This document shows positions 1 to 8,920 of a DNA stretch of 64,000 nucleotides, one piece after another. Location of the stretch: IMG/VR virus record IMGVR_UViG_3300017971_000185, positions 62,001 through 126,000 of that record; one strand, given 5' to 3'. Each line of letters starts with the position of its first letter. The first letter of the stretch is position 1. The notes under the pieces were generated by a model. It was given only the letters and a program-made list of their open reading frames with translations. It did not search any database and was not told the origin of the DNA. Position numbers and translations under genes: made by a program.

Positions 1-141
1 CAGTCCAACATTCGACCGGTGGAGGATCTGCTCGGAGTCCAGAATCCGTCGACTGCGGTAGAGGATCTGGGGCTCGGATTGCGGTCTTTCCGCGACCCGT
101 TCTTCAAGGTCTACGCGGGCACCTACGAGAAGCTCAAGTAG
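1..141 (+). CDS. 3' end of a gene starting before the window (...RDPFFKVYAGTYEKLK*); unknown, possibly neck/tail completion by position
   Basis: Frame 1 open from base 1 to TAG at 139-141; codon usage like the structural genes. Confidence 0.6.
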   Translation, partial: QSNIRPVEDLLGVQNPSTAVEDLGLGLRSFRDPFFKVYAGTYEKLK

Positions 142-155
142 TGCGCGTCCCTCGC

Positions 156-167
156 TAGGTCGCCTAT
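156..167 (+). promoter_or_regulatory. Candidate late promoter motif TAG-N5-CTAT
   Basis: TAGgtcgcCTAT; same spacing seen in four other intergenic gaps before + strand genes. Confidence 0.35.
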
Positions 168-196
168 ATCCCACACAAAGTAGGCGGAGGTCTATC

Positions 197-676
197 CTGC
201 CGATCTACGAATACCACTGCACGGGTTGTGGGCTCCACTTCGAGAGGATGCGCCCGGCGAAGAAGGCTGAGGAAGCCGTCAATTGCCTGAGTTGCGGTGG
301 GTCCGTACAAGCACAACTTTCGGCTCCCGAGTTTGCATTTTCGCACGCGCCGGATGGCGCAGGTCCGCAGAACACGGGAGTCAGCGGCTTGGATCTTGAG
401 GTTGATCGGGTGATCGGCCGAGAGGCGGAGCAGCAGTGGGCCAAGGTAGCTGCGCGCCAAGACCGCAAGCATCAGGTTCTTGCGGCCAATCCCGGCGCGA
501 CCGGCTTCGATTTGAGCCGGACCCCGGACGGCGATTACCGCGTCATGCAGCCCGACGAACGGAAGGCTGCGGAGACTGCGCGAGGTCTCCATCAAGAGGC
601 TCAAAGTGAGATCTTGAAGACCAAGAAAGGGAAGGATTGGCTCGCGTCACGAGTGACGGGAGCGGCTGGCCCCTGA
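197..676 (+). CDS. FmdB-family zinc-ribbon protein, CTG start
   Basis: Extending ORF 248..676 upstream gives (M)PIYEYHCTGCG...CLSCG, the FmdB N-terminal signature; GGAGG at 186-190 lies 6 nt before CTG at 197. Confidence 0.85.
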   Translation: MPIYEYHCTGCGLHFERMRPAKKAEEAVNCLSCGGSVQAQLSAPEFAFSHAPDGAGPQNTGVSGLDLEVDRVIGREAEQQWAKVAARQDRKHQVLAANPGATGFDLSRTPDGDYRVMQPDERKAAETARGLHQEAQSEILKTKKGKDWLASRVTGAAGP

Positions 677-689
677 GTCAGCAGTCATG

Positions 690-900
690 CCTCTCCGCGA
701 GGAGAGTGCCAGATAAGAACACACAGATCAGACCCATACGCAGATGACTCTGGGACGAGGCACCGCACGCCTCACACGACCGCGCCTTCGGGCTGCCAGA
801 TAAGAACGCACACATAAGTCGCAGAAGCAGAAACAGACCCAGATGAGGACAGGCTGTTCGCAGCCGCATTTCTGACTGCAACCAGGCGGGTTCACCCGAC
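690..900 (+). ncRNA. Candidate structured leader/ncRNA with CAGA repeats upstream of sheath
   Basis: Hairpins CTCTCC-GCGA-GGAGAG (691-706), GCC-TTCG-GGC (784-793), GGCTG-TTCG-CAGCC (852-865), CGGG-TTCA-CCCG (887-898); duplicated TGCCAGATAAGAAC (707-720, 794-807); about 9 CAGA units. Confidence 0.5.
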
Positions 901-938
901 AGGGAGAATTTACCCGCAACCAAAACTCAGAGGTTCCA

Positions 939-3900
939 ATGCCAGACGGCACCCAGATTCCTGGTCACATTTACGCGCCCCCCAACGTCTACGTCGAGAC
1001 TCAGACTGACACGCCGGTTCAAGCACCGATTCAGGGTGTTCGCATTCCGGTGTTCATCGGCACGGGCAACGAGGTTCTGACTCAGACGGATCTCGCGGTG
1101 GTTCGCGGGTCGTCTTCCAGTGTTGACCAGCAGGTTCCGCAGGAGGACATGACCGGCCGCGCGGTTGTCGCAATTCTGGCTTCCGGCGAGGTCGTCCTGG
1201 GTGACTTCGATGGTGATCGGCGGCTCATCCAGGTGCGCAATTATCCCATCGTCACGGGCGACGGGACGGGTACCACGGCGACGGATGCAGCCAGCATCCA
1301 GGTGACGATCAACGGGCAGCCTGACGTGGTTTTGAACGTCCAGGGGGACAGAGGGGTGCTTGAGCTTTCGACGGCTCCAGGGCTCCATGACGACGTGAGA
1401 TGCACGTATTTCTTCAACCGGACCGACACGCTGATCACGGACGACGTGAGCGATCAGGTGACTGCGGATCCCGCGCTCATTTACGGGAGCGGCGAGGAAC
1501 CCGCAGGCGGCTACGACATCACGGTGGACAACAATGAGTTGATCCTGACCATCGATGGCGTCGAGACCACCATCAGCCTGGGGACGCCGGGCGTGAAGCC
1601 CGCAGCTACCGTGGTCTCGTTGATCAACGGAGCGGCCTCTTCTACGTCTCTTGTGGCTTCGCTCTACACCACGAATTTCGGCGGCACTGCCATCCAATTC
1701 GTGGCCGACGAAAACCTCATCGTTGGTGCCGGTACGGCCAACACACTTCTTGGTCTGACCACGGGTGACGCGACCAATCGGCGCTCGACGTTCTACACAT
1801 TCCAGGGTCCGATCGTTGACGGTTCCAACGGAGGAATCACGACCACGGACACCGGGAAGGTGACGGTCCGCGTCAACAATGTCCAGGTCATCCCCACGTC
1901 CGTCAATGGATCGACGCGAGCGGTGACGTTGCCCTTTGCTCCGGCTGCTGGCTCGACCGTCACCATCGAGTACTTTTTCAATAGTTGGCAAGATACCTTC
2001 GACTATCTGGCGAACATCAACCTCACGGAGATCACCCGAGTCGGCATCGTTCCGGGGAACAGCGATTTCGTGCAGGGTGCGGACTTCGTGCTCAAGGATG
2101 ATGTCATTGTCTGGGGTACGTCGGTTCTCATCACTTCGGGTGTTCACACCGAAGGAAGCACGTACTTCGGTGGAGATGGAGGCCAGGTCAGCGCGCTCTT
2201 GGTGGATGCGCAGACGTACTTGGAGGAAGCCACTCCTGTCACGGATGCGACGGTCAGCCCGCCAGTTACGAGTCGGACGAAATTCGACCTTCCGTTCCAG
2301 CCCACGACGGGCAACGGACGCAACACGCCGATCGGGTTGAGTCTGTTCCAGACGGTCAGCAACAACCGTATCGATCTTCCGACCAATCGCCCGGATCTGG
2401 TGATCGCCTATTGGGGCTTCTCGGTCGAGGATGCTTTGCAGCGTGGTCCGGTGGACGTGACAGCGGTCGAGGGAACCAGGATCACTTTGAAGGATCCCGT
2501 GGACGTGGGTGCAACGGTCTACGCCACGTTCTACTACAACACGCTCGTAGATGAGGAGTACAGCCTGGTTTGTGACGTGGCTGGTGCTTCGGGCATTGGT
2601 ACCTATTTCATCCAAGACTCGAATAGCAACGACATGTTCACGCCGCGGTTTGGCGTGAAGGGGGCTGCGCTCACGGGCATCACCATCCAATTCCCGAGCG
2701 GCAGCGAGCTAACCCCGGACGTGCGTTTCGAGAGTGGTACGGACGGTCCGGTCGAGGAGACGGTCACGGTCTCGTTCGCGAGCATCGATGACACGATTGC
2801 GAAGTACAGCGTGCCCGGATCGGGACCGTACTTCACGATCGAGGATGCCTCTGATCATGCACGTTTCTTGATCGACGGCACGGCACCGACTGGTGGCGGA
2901 GCGGGAATCGATCTTGCCCGTGTGGACGGAATCACCGGCTTGGGCGTGTCGGCCAGCTTGCTGGGCGAGGAGATCGAGTATGACGTAGCCTCGGGCAGCA
3001 CGACCTACGACATTACGGCCGGGACCAACGACGAGGTTTCGGTCACGGTCGATGATGTGCTCATTACGTCGATCGCTGCGGCAGGAACGGGTGTCAACGC
3101 GGACAACTACGTTGACGCGCTCAATGCTTTCGCCAAGCTGCAACAGTTTGCTCCGTTCTACACGGCACAGACACGTTTCGTGGGGTCGACGGTCATTACT
3201 GCCGGCGAGTACGACACTTTGGTCATGCACTACAATGGTGCTGTGGCAGGCCCATCGGGTGCGATCACGGCGATCATTCCGCCGCTGACCTACGCCAGCC
3301 CCATGGCTCTGGCAACGGCTCTGGATGGAGTGATTGCAGCCGCAGTCGGTGGTTTGGGTCCGGCGTTTGCCGGGTTGGCGATCAACGTTACTGTGGATGC
3401 CAATAGCCGGCTCCGATTCACGTTGCAGGCGGCGACGGGAGACATCGGCACTTTCGCGGCCGGTGGTGTCATCACCGTGGCGTTAGTGCCGGTCGTGGGT
3501 GACCAGATCATCTTCACGGATTGGGCTGGGAACCAGGCAGCACTCACGGCAGATACGGCCACAACGCCAGGCGGCAACAACTTCGACGTGTCGTCCGGTG
3601 TGGCAGCCACGATCGCTGGTCAGATCGCTATAGCGATTCAAGATGTGACGAACAACGTGGCTTCGATCGTGACCACGACGGGCGCTGTTGGTGTGACGAT
3701 TCCAGTGGTGCCAACTGTTCCGGGTACGCTCGGAAACCGGGTCGTCATGGCCGAATCCGCCGCAACTCCGGCAACCTTCACGTTCGTACAGCCTTCGGGC
3801 GCGACGGACTTGGCAGGTGGCTATTTGGAGTTTGCGGACGCACCGACGCTTGCCAGCGATTTCGCGATTCTGGCAGGCATCAGCGTGGCTCCGGCACCGG

Positions 3901-6278
3901 GAGGATTGCAGACCAAGTTGCTCAACGGAGACATCGCTCGGCGCTTCTCGGTAGCGGGCGGTTCCGGTGCGCTTATCTACGATCGCATCATTCTCCGCAA
4001 CCGCATCATGCCTGGATCGGGCAGCGTGGCCGGGCCTTCCCAGCTTGCGCAGACAGAGCTACGCATCGAGGGGAACAATGCGATCACGGAGACGGGTCTC
4101 CAGCCCAACGACGCTGGGTTGGCGGCGATGGGGGCGGTCGTGCAGCCAGCGACGCTGTTTGGCGAAGTGGGGTTTGTCAGCGGTCAGGTGCCGACAGGCG
4201 CCTACGGGGATGCTCGCGACGGGCAGCCGGTGGTGACGTTCTTCGCAGACGGAGGCACACAGCCGCAGAACAACGTGTTCAAGATCAACATCGATGGCAT
4301 CATGGTGAACGTCACGTTCACGGATGCTGCGGGTGTGGTCATTCCGGCTGGCGGCACAGCAGACGTACCGTTGGGGCCGGGAACGATCGCGAACACGATT
4401 CTGGCACAGCTAGACGCCGCCGCAGTGGCGGCTGGGTTGCCCGCGGGCACGTTCTTGCCAGAAGGCGCTGGTATTCGGATCGTGAGCGGCACGTCTCGCG
4501 TGTCCTCAGCGATCACGGTTGGAGCCGGGAATGCCAACGATGTGTTGGGATTCTCGTCTGGCGGCACGGCGGCACGGACGGAGGTAGAGCCCGAGCAGAT
4601 TGCTTCGGCTCTCATGGCGCATCACGACGCAACGGTATCGGCCAAGCTCCTGAGCTACTCCTCGCCAGGAGTGACCTACTTCGCTGGCTTGGCTCTTGCT
4701 GGTGTCATCAGGGATGCGGCGAATGCCGAATTCCTGTACCTCCAGAGTCAGGCGAGCACGGTCGGAGGTCTGGGTCTGTCGAGCAGCATTGCGCTGCTAC
4801 AGCCCACGGTTGGAAACGGTAGCTGGCTGCTTCCAGGCACGGGCATCAATGCCGAGGTTGGTGACGGCGCATCCGGTGAGGAAGGCTTCAACGGATACTA
4901 CGTCACATCGTCCGATCCGACAGACGGGTCCGGGTCAGCGAACACGTCGAGGCTCAACAACGGAGTGGGTCAAGATGGCGTGATCGGCCAGACGTATCGA
5001 GATACCGTCACGGGTCTCACGTTCACGGTTCTGGCACGTGAGGGTGGCGGGGTGTACCCGACTGGTGTGGGTGCAACCTTCACTTTCGAGGTACGCAATA
5101 AGGTCATCACGGACAGCAACCTTCCGGTCAACACAATCCCCGGAATCGAGCTTTTGGTGACGAACACCACTGGCGTCGCGGTCGGGGACACGGCTGTGGT
5201 CGATACGATCGAGCGCGGGGGCAGCGAGCCTGCCGTGGGCGATCTCTACTACGCGACCTACAACTACCAAAAGGAAAGTTTCGACACTGGCTTGTACACA
5301 CGGCTGGCAACGATCGAGCGTGTGTTTGGTGCAACATCGCCAGAGCATCTTCTGTCCCTGGCGGCGTATGTGTCGATCATCAACGGGGCGGTTGTCGTTG
5401 GGCTCAAACAGGTTCCCAAGCAGCCCAACAGCAATCAGGGCAGTATCACGGACTACTTCGATGCCGTGGACGATGTGCGTGGAGTCCTCCCAGGTGGGGC
5501 GAGGCTCAGCACGCTCACTCCGTTGCGTGGAGACTCGGAGGAGCTATTCCAGAAGATCAGTCAGCATGTTGATCTCCAGTCCAGCATCCGGCTGCGATCG
5601 GAGAGAACCTCGATCTTTGGCGTTTCCTCGGGGACGCAGCCCTCGGCTGCGGGAGACCTGGCCGAGTTGCTGGGCAACACCCGGATGAGGATGGTCTACC
5701 CAGACATCGCCAAGATCACGCTGACCGATGCGGTGAACAACGACAAGCAATTCCTGGTTGACGGCACGATTCTCTCGGCGGCAATGGCAGGAAACCGAGC
5801 AAGCCCGAACATCGACGTGGCAACGCCATGGACACGGGCACGATTGCTCGGGTTCGATGAGCTTGCTCGTATCCTCGATGCGGTCGAGCAGAATCAGGTT
5901 GCCGTGCGCGGCGTGACGATCTTGGAGGATCGCCGTCCGGCAATCAGTGTGCGCCATGGGCTCACGACGGATGTCACCAACGTCCTGACCAAGACCCCAA
6001 CCGTGATGACGATTGCGGATGAGGTACAGCAGCAGACTCGCGTGACGCTGGACAGGTTCATCGGGGTCAAATTCCTGCCCGGTATCCTGAATCAGATCGA
6101 AGGTCGCCTGACCTTCATGCTCAAGGGGCTCATCGCGGCGGAGATCATCGCTGCCTTCACTGGAGTGCAGGCTCAGACAACGAGTGATCCAACGGTGGTT
6201 GCGGTCGAAGCATGGTATCAGCCTGTTTTCCCGCTACTATACATCATCGTCACCTTCAACCTCCGCTCAGTTTTGTGA
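939..6278 (+). CDS. Contractile tail sheath protein, very large with inserted domains
   Basis: N-terminal YAPPNVYVE (PGVY-type motif); C-terminal sheath domain ...TVMTIADEV...DRFIG...DPTVVAVEAWYQPVFPLLYIIVTFNL; upstream of tube and tape measure genes. Confidence 0.9.
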   Translation: MPDGTQIPGHIYAPPNVYVETQTDTPVQAPIQGVRIPVFIGTGNEVLTQTDLAVVRGSSSSVDQQVPQEDMTGRAVVAILASGEVVLGDFDGDRRLIQVRNYPIVTGDGTGTTATDAASIQVTINGQPDVVLNVQGDRGVLELSTAPGLHDDVRCTYFFNRTDTLITDDVSDQVTADPALIYGSGEEPAGGYDITVDNNELILTIDGVETTISLGTPGVKPAATVVSLINGAASSTSLVASLYTTNFGGTAIQFVADENLIVGAGTANTLLGLTTGDATNRRSTFYTFQGPIVDGSNGGITTTDTGKVTVRVNNVQVIPTSVNGSTRAVTLPFAPAAGSTVTIEYFFNSWQDTFDYLANINLTEITRVGIVPGNSDFVQGADFVLKDDVIVWGTSVLITSGVHTEGSTYFGGDGGQVSALLVDAQTYLEEATPVTDATVSPPVTSRTKFDLPFQPTTGNGRNTPIGLSLFQTVSNNRIDLPTNRPDLVIAYWGFSVEDALQRGPVDVTAVEGTRITLKDPVDVGATVYATFYYNTLVDEEYSLVCDVAGASGIGTYFIQDSNSNDMFTPRFGVKGAALTGITIQFPSGSELTPDVRFESGTDGPVEETVTVSFASIDDTIAKYSVPGSGPYFTIEDASDHARFLIDGTAPTGGGAGIDLARVDGITGLGVSASLLGEEIEYDVASGSTTYDITAGTNDEVSVTVDDVLITSIAAAGTGVNADNYVDALNAFAKLQQFAPFYTAQTRFVGSTVITAGEYDTLVMHYNGAVAGPSGAITAIIPPLTYASPMALATALDGVIAAAVGGLGPAFAGLAINVTVDANSRLRFTLQAATGDIGTFAAGGVITVALVPVVGDQIIFTDWAGNQAALTADTATTPGGNNFDVSSGVAATIAGQIAIAIQDVTNNVASIVTTTGAVGVTIPVVPTVPGTLGNRVVMAESAATPATFTFVQPSGATDLAGGYLEFADAPTLASDFAILAGISVAPAPGGLQTKLLNGDIARRFSVAGGSGALIYDRIILRNRIMPGSGSVAGPSQLAQTELRIEGNNAITETGLQPNDAGLAAMGAVVQPATLFGEVGFVSGQVPTGAYGDARDGQPVVTFFADGGTQPQNNVFKINIDGIMVNVTFTDAAGVVIPAGGTADVPLGPGTIANTILAQLDAAAVAAGLPAGTFLPEGAGIRIVSGTSRVSSAITVGAGNANDVLGFSSGGTAARTEVEPEQIASALMAHHDATVSAKLLSYSSPGVTYFAGLALAGVIRDAANAEFLYLQSQASTVGGLGLSSSIALLQPTVGNGSWLLPGTGINAEVGDGASGEEGFNGYYVTSSDPTDGSGSANTSRLNNGVGQDGVIGQTYRDTVTGLTFTVLAREGGGVYPTGVGATFTFEVRNKVITDSNLPVNTIPGIELLVTNTTGVAVGDTAVVDTIERGGSEPAVGDLYYATYNYQKESFDTGLYTRLATIERVFGATSPEHLLSLAAYVSIINGAVVVGLKQVPKQPNSNQGSITDYFDAVDDVRGVLPGGARLSTLTPLRGDSEELFQKISQHVDLQSSIRLRSERTSIFGVSSGTQPSAAGDLAELLGNTRMRMVYPDIAKITLTDAVNNDKQFLVDGTILSAAMAGNRASPNIDVATPWTRARLLGFDELARILDAVEQNQVAVRGVTILEDRRPAISVRHGLTTDVTNVLTKTPTVMTIADEVQQQTRVTLDRFIGVKFLPGILNQIEGRLTFMLKGLIAAEIIAAFTGVQAQTTSDPTVVAVEAWYQPVFPLLYIIVTFNLRSVL

Positions 6279-6322
6279 GGTACACTAGCGCTCTAGGCTA
6301 GTACAGAGCCCAAAAGCGGCGT

Positions 6323-6352
6323 TTGCCGTGGGGTCTGTGGTGGTGGTATGGT
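6323..6352 (+). promoter_or_regulatory. Sigma70-like promoter for a leaderless nuclease-MTase mRNA
   Basis: TTGCCG (6323-6328)-N18-TATGGT (6347-6352) with TGn extension; ATG 6 nt downstream at 6359 and no clear SD. Confidence 0.5.
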
Positions 6353-6358
6353 GGTGGT

Positions 6359-8542
6359 ATGGATGAGGAGATCTGTGCAGCCTTTCGGTCCGATCTGTCT
6401 TCTGCCGCGGTTGCTGAATCGTTGGGGGTTGGTCGACAGCGTGTTCTCAAAGTCTGGAAGGCTTCCTTTGGTGCCGGTGAGGTAAGAGCACGTGCGAATA
6501 GGCTTCGCTCTCGCCCCAAGAAAGAAGATCCTCAGCAACGGGCAGCAGCTCTGCCGTGGTTCGCTGAGGGTGTGGCAGTCAAGGAGGCTGCGCGAAGATT
6601 GGGTGTCCACTATCTCAAGGTTCAACGATGGTGGATCGAAGAGTTTGGAGAAGAAGTATATCGGAGTCGTGGAAAGCGTCTTCAAGCTGCGCGAACGGCA
6701 GCCAATAACCGTAGAGGATTGCCGAAGACGCAAACGGTTGTACGAGTCGCCTGTGAAGACTGCGGCACGGAACACGACCGTACAATGATGAGTTTGGCCA
6801 AGGCTGCGCGGCTCATTTGTCCAACGTGTAAGAGCAAGAAGCAAGATCCGCATGCGTGTCCGGTGTGTGGTTTTGTGTTCGAAGGCGCTCGGGGGTTGGC
6901 GTCTCATTTTCGGCATCAACGGAATTGCTCTGCGCATAAGGAGTATCGACGCAAGCAATGGGAAGTCCTGGCAAGTCGGACTGACGAGTACGTGACTTGC
7001 CAGGAGTGTGGCTTCGTAGGTCGGTCGATTTCGGCTCATATTCAAACACACGACCTAAATTGGAGGAGCTACACGCGTAAGTATCCTGGTGCTCCTCTGT
7101 ATTCGGCGATCTCAGAGGCACGGAGGCGTGCTCGTATCCGGGAAACACATGCCAGGTACGGATTCACATACGCGGACTTCAAGGCGTACCTGGATGACGA
7201 GCATCGTTTGATTGTGGCGGCTGCGGCTAAGGGATTGGGAGTTGCTCAAGATACGGTGCGGACATACGCGAAGAAACTAGACATCCCTACGCGGAATCGA
7301 TTGGCGTGGCAGCGAGAAGTCTTGCAGACGGTAGCTGATGTTTTGGGCGAAGCGTATAAGTGGGAATGGTCTGACGATCGTATTCGAAATCCCGAGACGG
7401 GGAGGTTACTGAATTATGACGGCTGTTTTCCCAAGTCAAAGGTGATCGTGGAGTGCCATGGAATTCAGCATTACCAGTTTGTTCCTCGATGGCACCGTCT
7501 TCCAGAGGAATTTGTCAAGTTGCGGGAGCGAGACGTTTACAAAAAAGAGCGAGCGGAGGAGCTTGGCTATACCGTGATCGAAGTGCGCTATGATGCAGAG
7601 GTATCTCGTGAGTTTTTCATGGAGTTGTTGCGAGCACCAAAGAAGAGTCGTCAGGCGGTGAAGGACAAGGCCGAGACAATTCTGCGGGAGCTACGGAGGG
7701 ATTGCTTTCCGTTTCCGGTGATCGATCCAGAGGAGACTCGGAGGGAGTTGGAAAGGCTACAACGGAAGCGCCTGAAGTTAGTTGACGGGATTATCGTTCC
7801 TCGTTCGTGGGTTGGGACCAAAGTCTGCAAAGCATATTTCCCCAATCTCTTCCAAGCCAGGTACAAGAATCAGCTATCGGCTGTAGAGGCGTGGAATTCG
7901 GATGAGAAGCTCCGGCTTGCTATCCTGACTCAACTAGACTCGTCGCATCCGACGACACCAGAACGAGTGCTTAAGGCGATTCTGATGCATCATCGGGTTC
8001 CTACGGTTTTCCGTCCAGCTTATGCTCGATACTTGTATGACCGCTACTGCCCGGAAGGCAAGACAACATGGGATCCTTGCGCAGGGTGGGGCGGGCGTCT
8101 CTTGGGCGCCGCAGCGGCGAATGTGAGATACATCGGAACGGAGATTGATGCTCTTACTGTCGAGGGGAATCGCAGGTTAGCTTCCGATCTGCGGCATGAC
8201 GCGGAGATCATTGAAGGGTCGGCATTGGGCGCGGACATCCCTCAGGTAGACTTTGTATTCACCTCTCCGCCCTACTATGACGTTGAGCAGTATTCAGACC
8301 ATCCTGAACAACCTCACATGCGATTTGGTTCCGAGGAGGATTGGGTAGAGGGGTTTCTCTTGCCTTTGGTCAGGAAGGCACGTTCTGTGCTGCCTCAAGG
8401 CTGCGCTATGGCTCTCAACCTCTCCGATGCCTTGCTAGGGCGTCTAGAAGAGTGCGCTTTTGATTGTGGTTTTGAGCTTGAGACCGTGGTTGGCTTTGAG
8501 CTTCCGAATGGAAAGGTTGCTCGGACAGCCGTTTACCGATAG
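6359..8542 (+). CDS. HTH/zinc-finger + PD-(D/E)xK (DUF559/Vsr-like) endonuclease fused to amino-DNA methyltransferase
   Basis: CEDC..CPTC, CPVC..H..H, CQEC..H..H fingers; NYDGCFPKSKVIVECHGIQHY..RDVYK nuclease motif; MTase motif I WDPCAGWGGRLLG and motif IV FTSPPYY; more A/T-ending codons than neighbours. Confidence 0.85.
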   Translation: MDEEICAAFRSDLSSAAVAESLGVGRQRVLKVWKASFGAGEVRARANRLRSRPKKEDPQQRAAALPWFAEGVAVKEAARRLGVHYLKVQRWWIEEFGEEVYRSRGKRLQAARTAANNRRGLPKTQTVVRVACEDCGTEHDRTMMSLAKAARLICPTCKSKKQDPHACPVCGFVFEGARGLASHFRHQRNCSAHKEYRRKQWEVLASRTDEYVTCQECGFVGRSISAHIQTHDLNWRSYTRKYPGAPLYSAISEARRRARIRETHARYGFTYADFKAYLDDEHRLIVAAAAKGLGVAQDTVRTYAKKLDIPTRNRLAWQREVLQTVADVLGEAYKWEWSDDRIRNPETGRLLNYDGCFPKSKVIVECHGIQHYQFVPRWHRLPEEFVKLRERDVYKKERAEELGYTVIEVRYDAEVSREFFMELLRAPKKSRQAVKDKAETILRELRRDCFPFPVIDPEETRRELERLQRKRLKLVDGIIVPRSWVGTKVCKAYFPNLFQARYKNQLSAVEAWNSDEKLRLAILTQLDSSHPTTPERVLKAILMHHRVPTVFRPAYARYLYDRYCPEGKTTWDPCAGWGGRLLGAAAANVRYIGTEIDALTVEGNRRLASDLRHDAEIIEGSALGADIPQVDFVFTSPPYYDVEQYSDHPEQPHMRFGSEEDWVEGFLLPLVRKARSVLPQGCAMALNLSDALLGRLEECAFDCGFELETVVGFELPNGKVARTAVYR

Positions 8543-8798
8543 TCGTTCTAGTCGTGTTTTCCCATCAGAGGATCGGGCTTCGTTGCAGAAGCGACGAAAC
8601 GGGGGCTTGCAAGAAGCCTCTTGCCAAGAGTCGTAGCCAGGTTCGGCGTATTCGCCAGCGAACCAGATCGCTTCGATTTGGCGTCGTCCTTGGGGCGTCT
8701 TGGCCGAACGAACGGCAGCTTGTAGGGCTGGGCGACACGTCATGGGAGCCATTGGGTGCTTTCTCAGCACATCGATGGCGTGGTGTTTCGCAACTACG

Positions 8799-8869
8799 GC
8801 CGAAGCCCAAGGGCGGTATCGATTCCCGTCCTTGGGCTGTCACGCCATTGTCGGGTTAGTTGAAGTCAC
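8799..8869. repeat. 71-bp direct repeat copy 1 (hairpin + duplicated DUF932 3' end)
   Basis: 68/71 identical to 9907-9977 (offset 1108); includes hairpin 8804-8838. Confidence 0.95.
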
Positions 8870-8906
8870 CCGCTGCTGTATATTCAACCTCAGGTCGGTG
8901 CTGTAG
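8870..8906 (+). pseudogene. Relic of a second allele of the tail sheath 3' end
   Basis: ccg ctg ctg tat att / ttc aac ctc agg tcg gtg ctg tag encodes PLLYI and FNLRSVL*, matching sheath end PLLYIIVTFNLRSVL* (6231-6278) with synonymous differences and 11 nt fewer. Confidence 0.85.
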
Positions 8907-8920
8907 TTGCTCAGTCTTGG

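Noticed and set aside
678-952. Cys-rich minus-strand ORFs over the CAGA element
   Set aside because: Their composition follows from the TCTG repeats; no SD, and the hairpin loops are canonical on the + strand.
927-2690. 587-aa minus-strand ORF and many similar overlapping ORFs (e.g. 3521..4822, 25452..26543, 46800..47837, 62596..63903)
   Set aside because: Shadow or alternative-frame ORFs of long GC-rich genes; no motifs, low-complexity R/V/D-rich composition.
6323-6358. TTG start and GGTGGTAT mini-repeat as part of the nuclease N-terminus
   Set aside because: Gives an implausible PWGLWWWYGGG peptide; better explained as a promoter with ATG at 6359.
8444-8906. ORFs 8444..8770(-), 8554..8859(+), 8565..8843(-), 8700..8906(+)
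   Set aside because: They overlap each other, the MTase end or the repeat, and show no motifs. The FNLRSVL end of 8700..8906 is explained by the sheath relic. A decayed minus-strand gene cannot be excluded.
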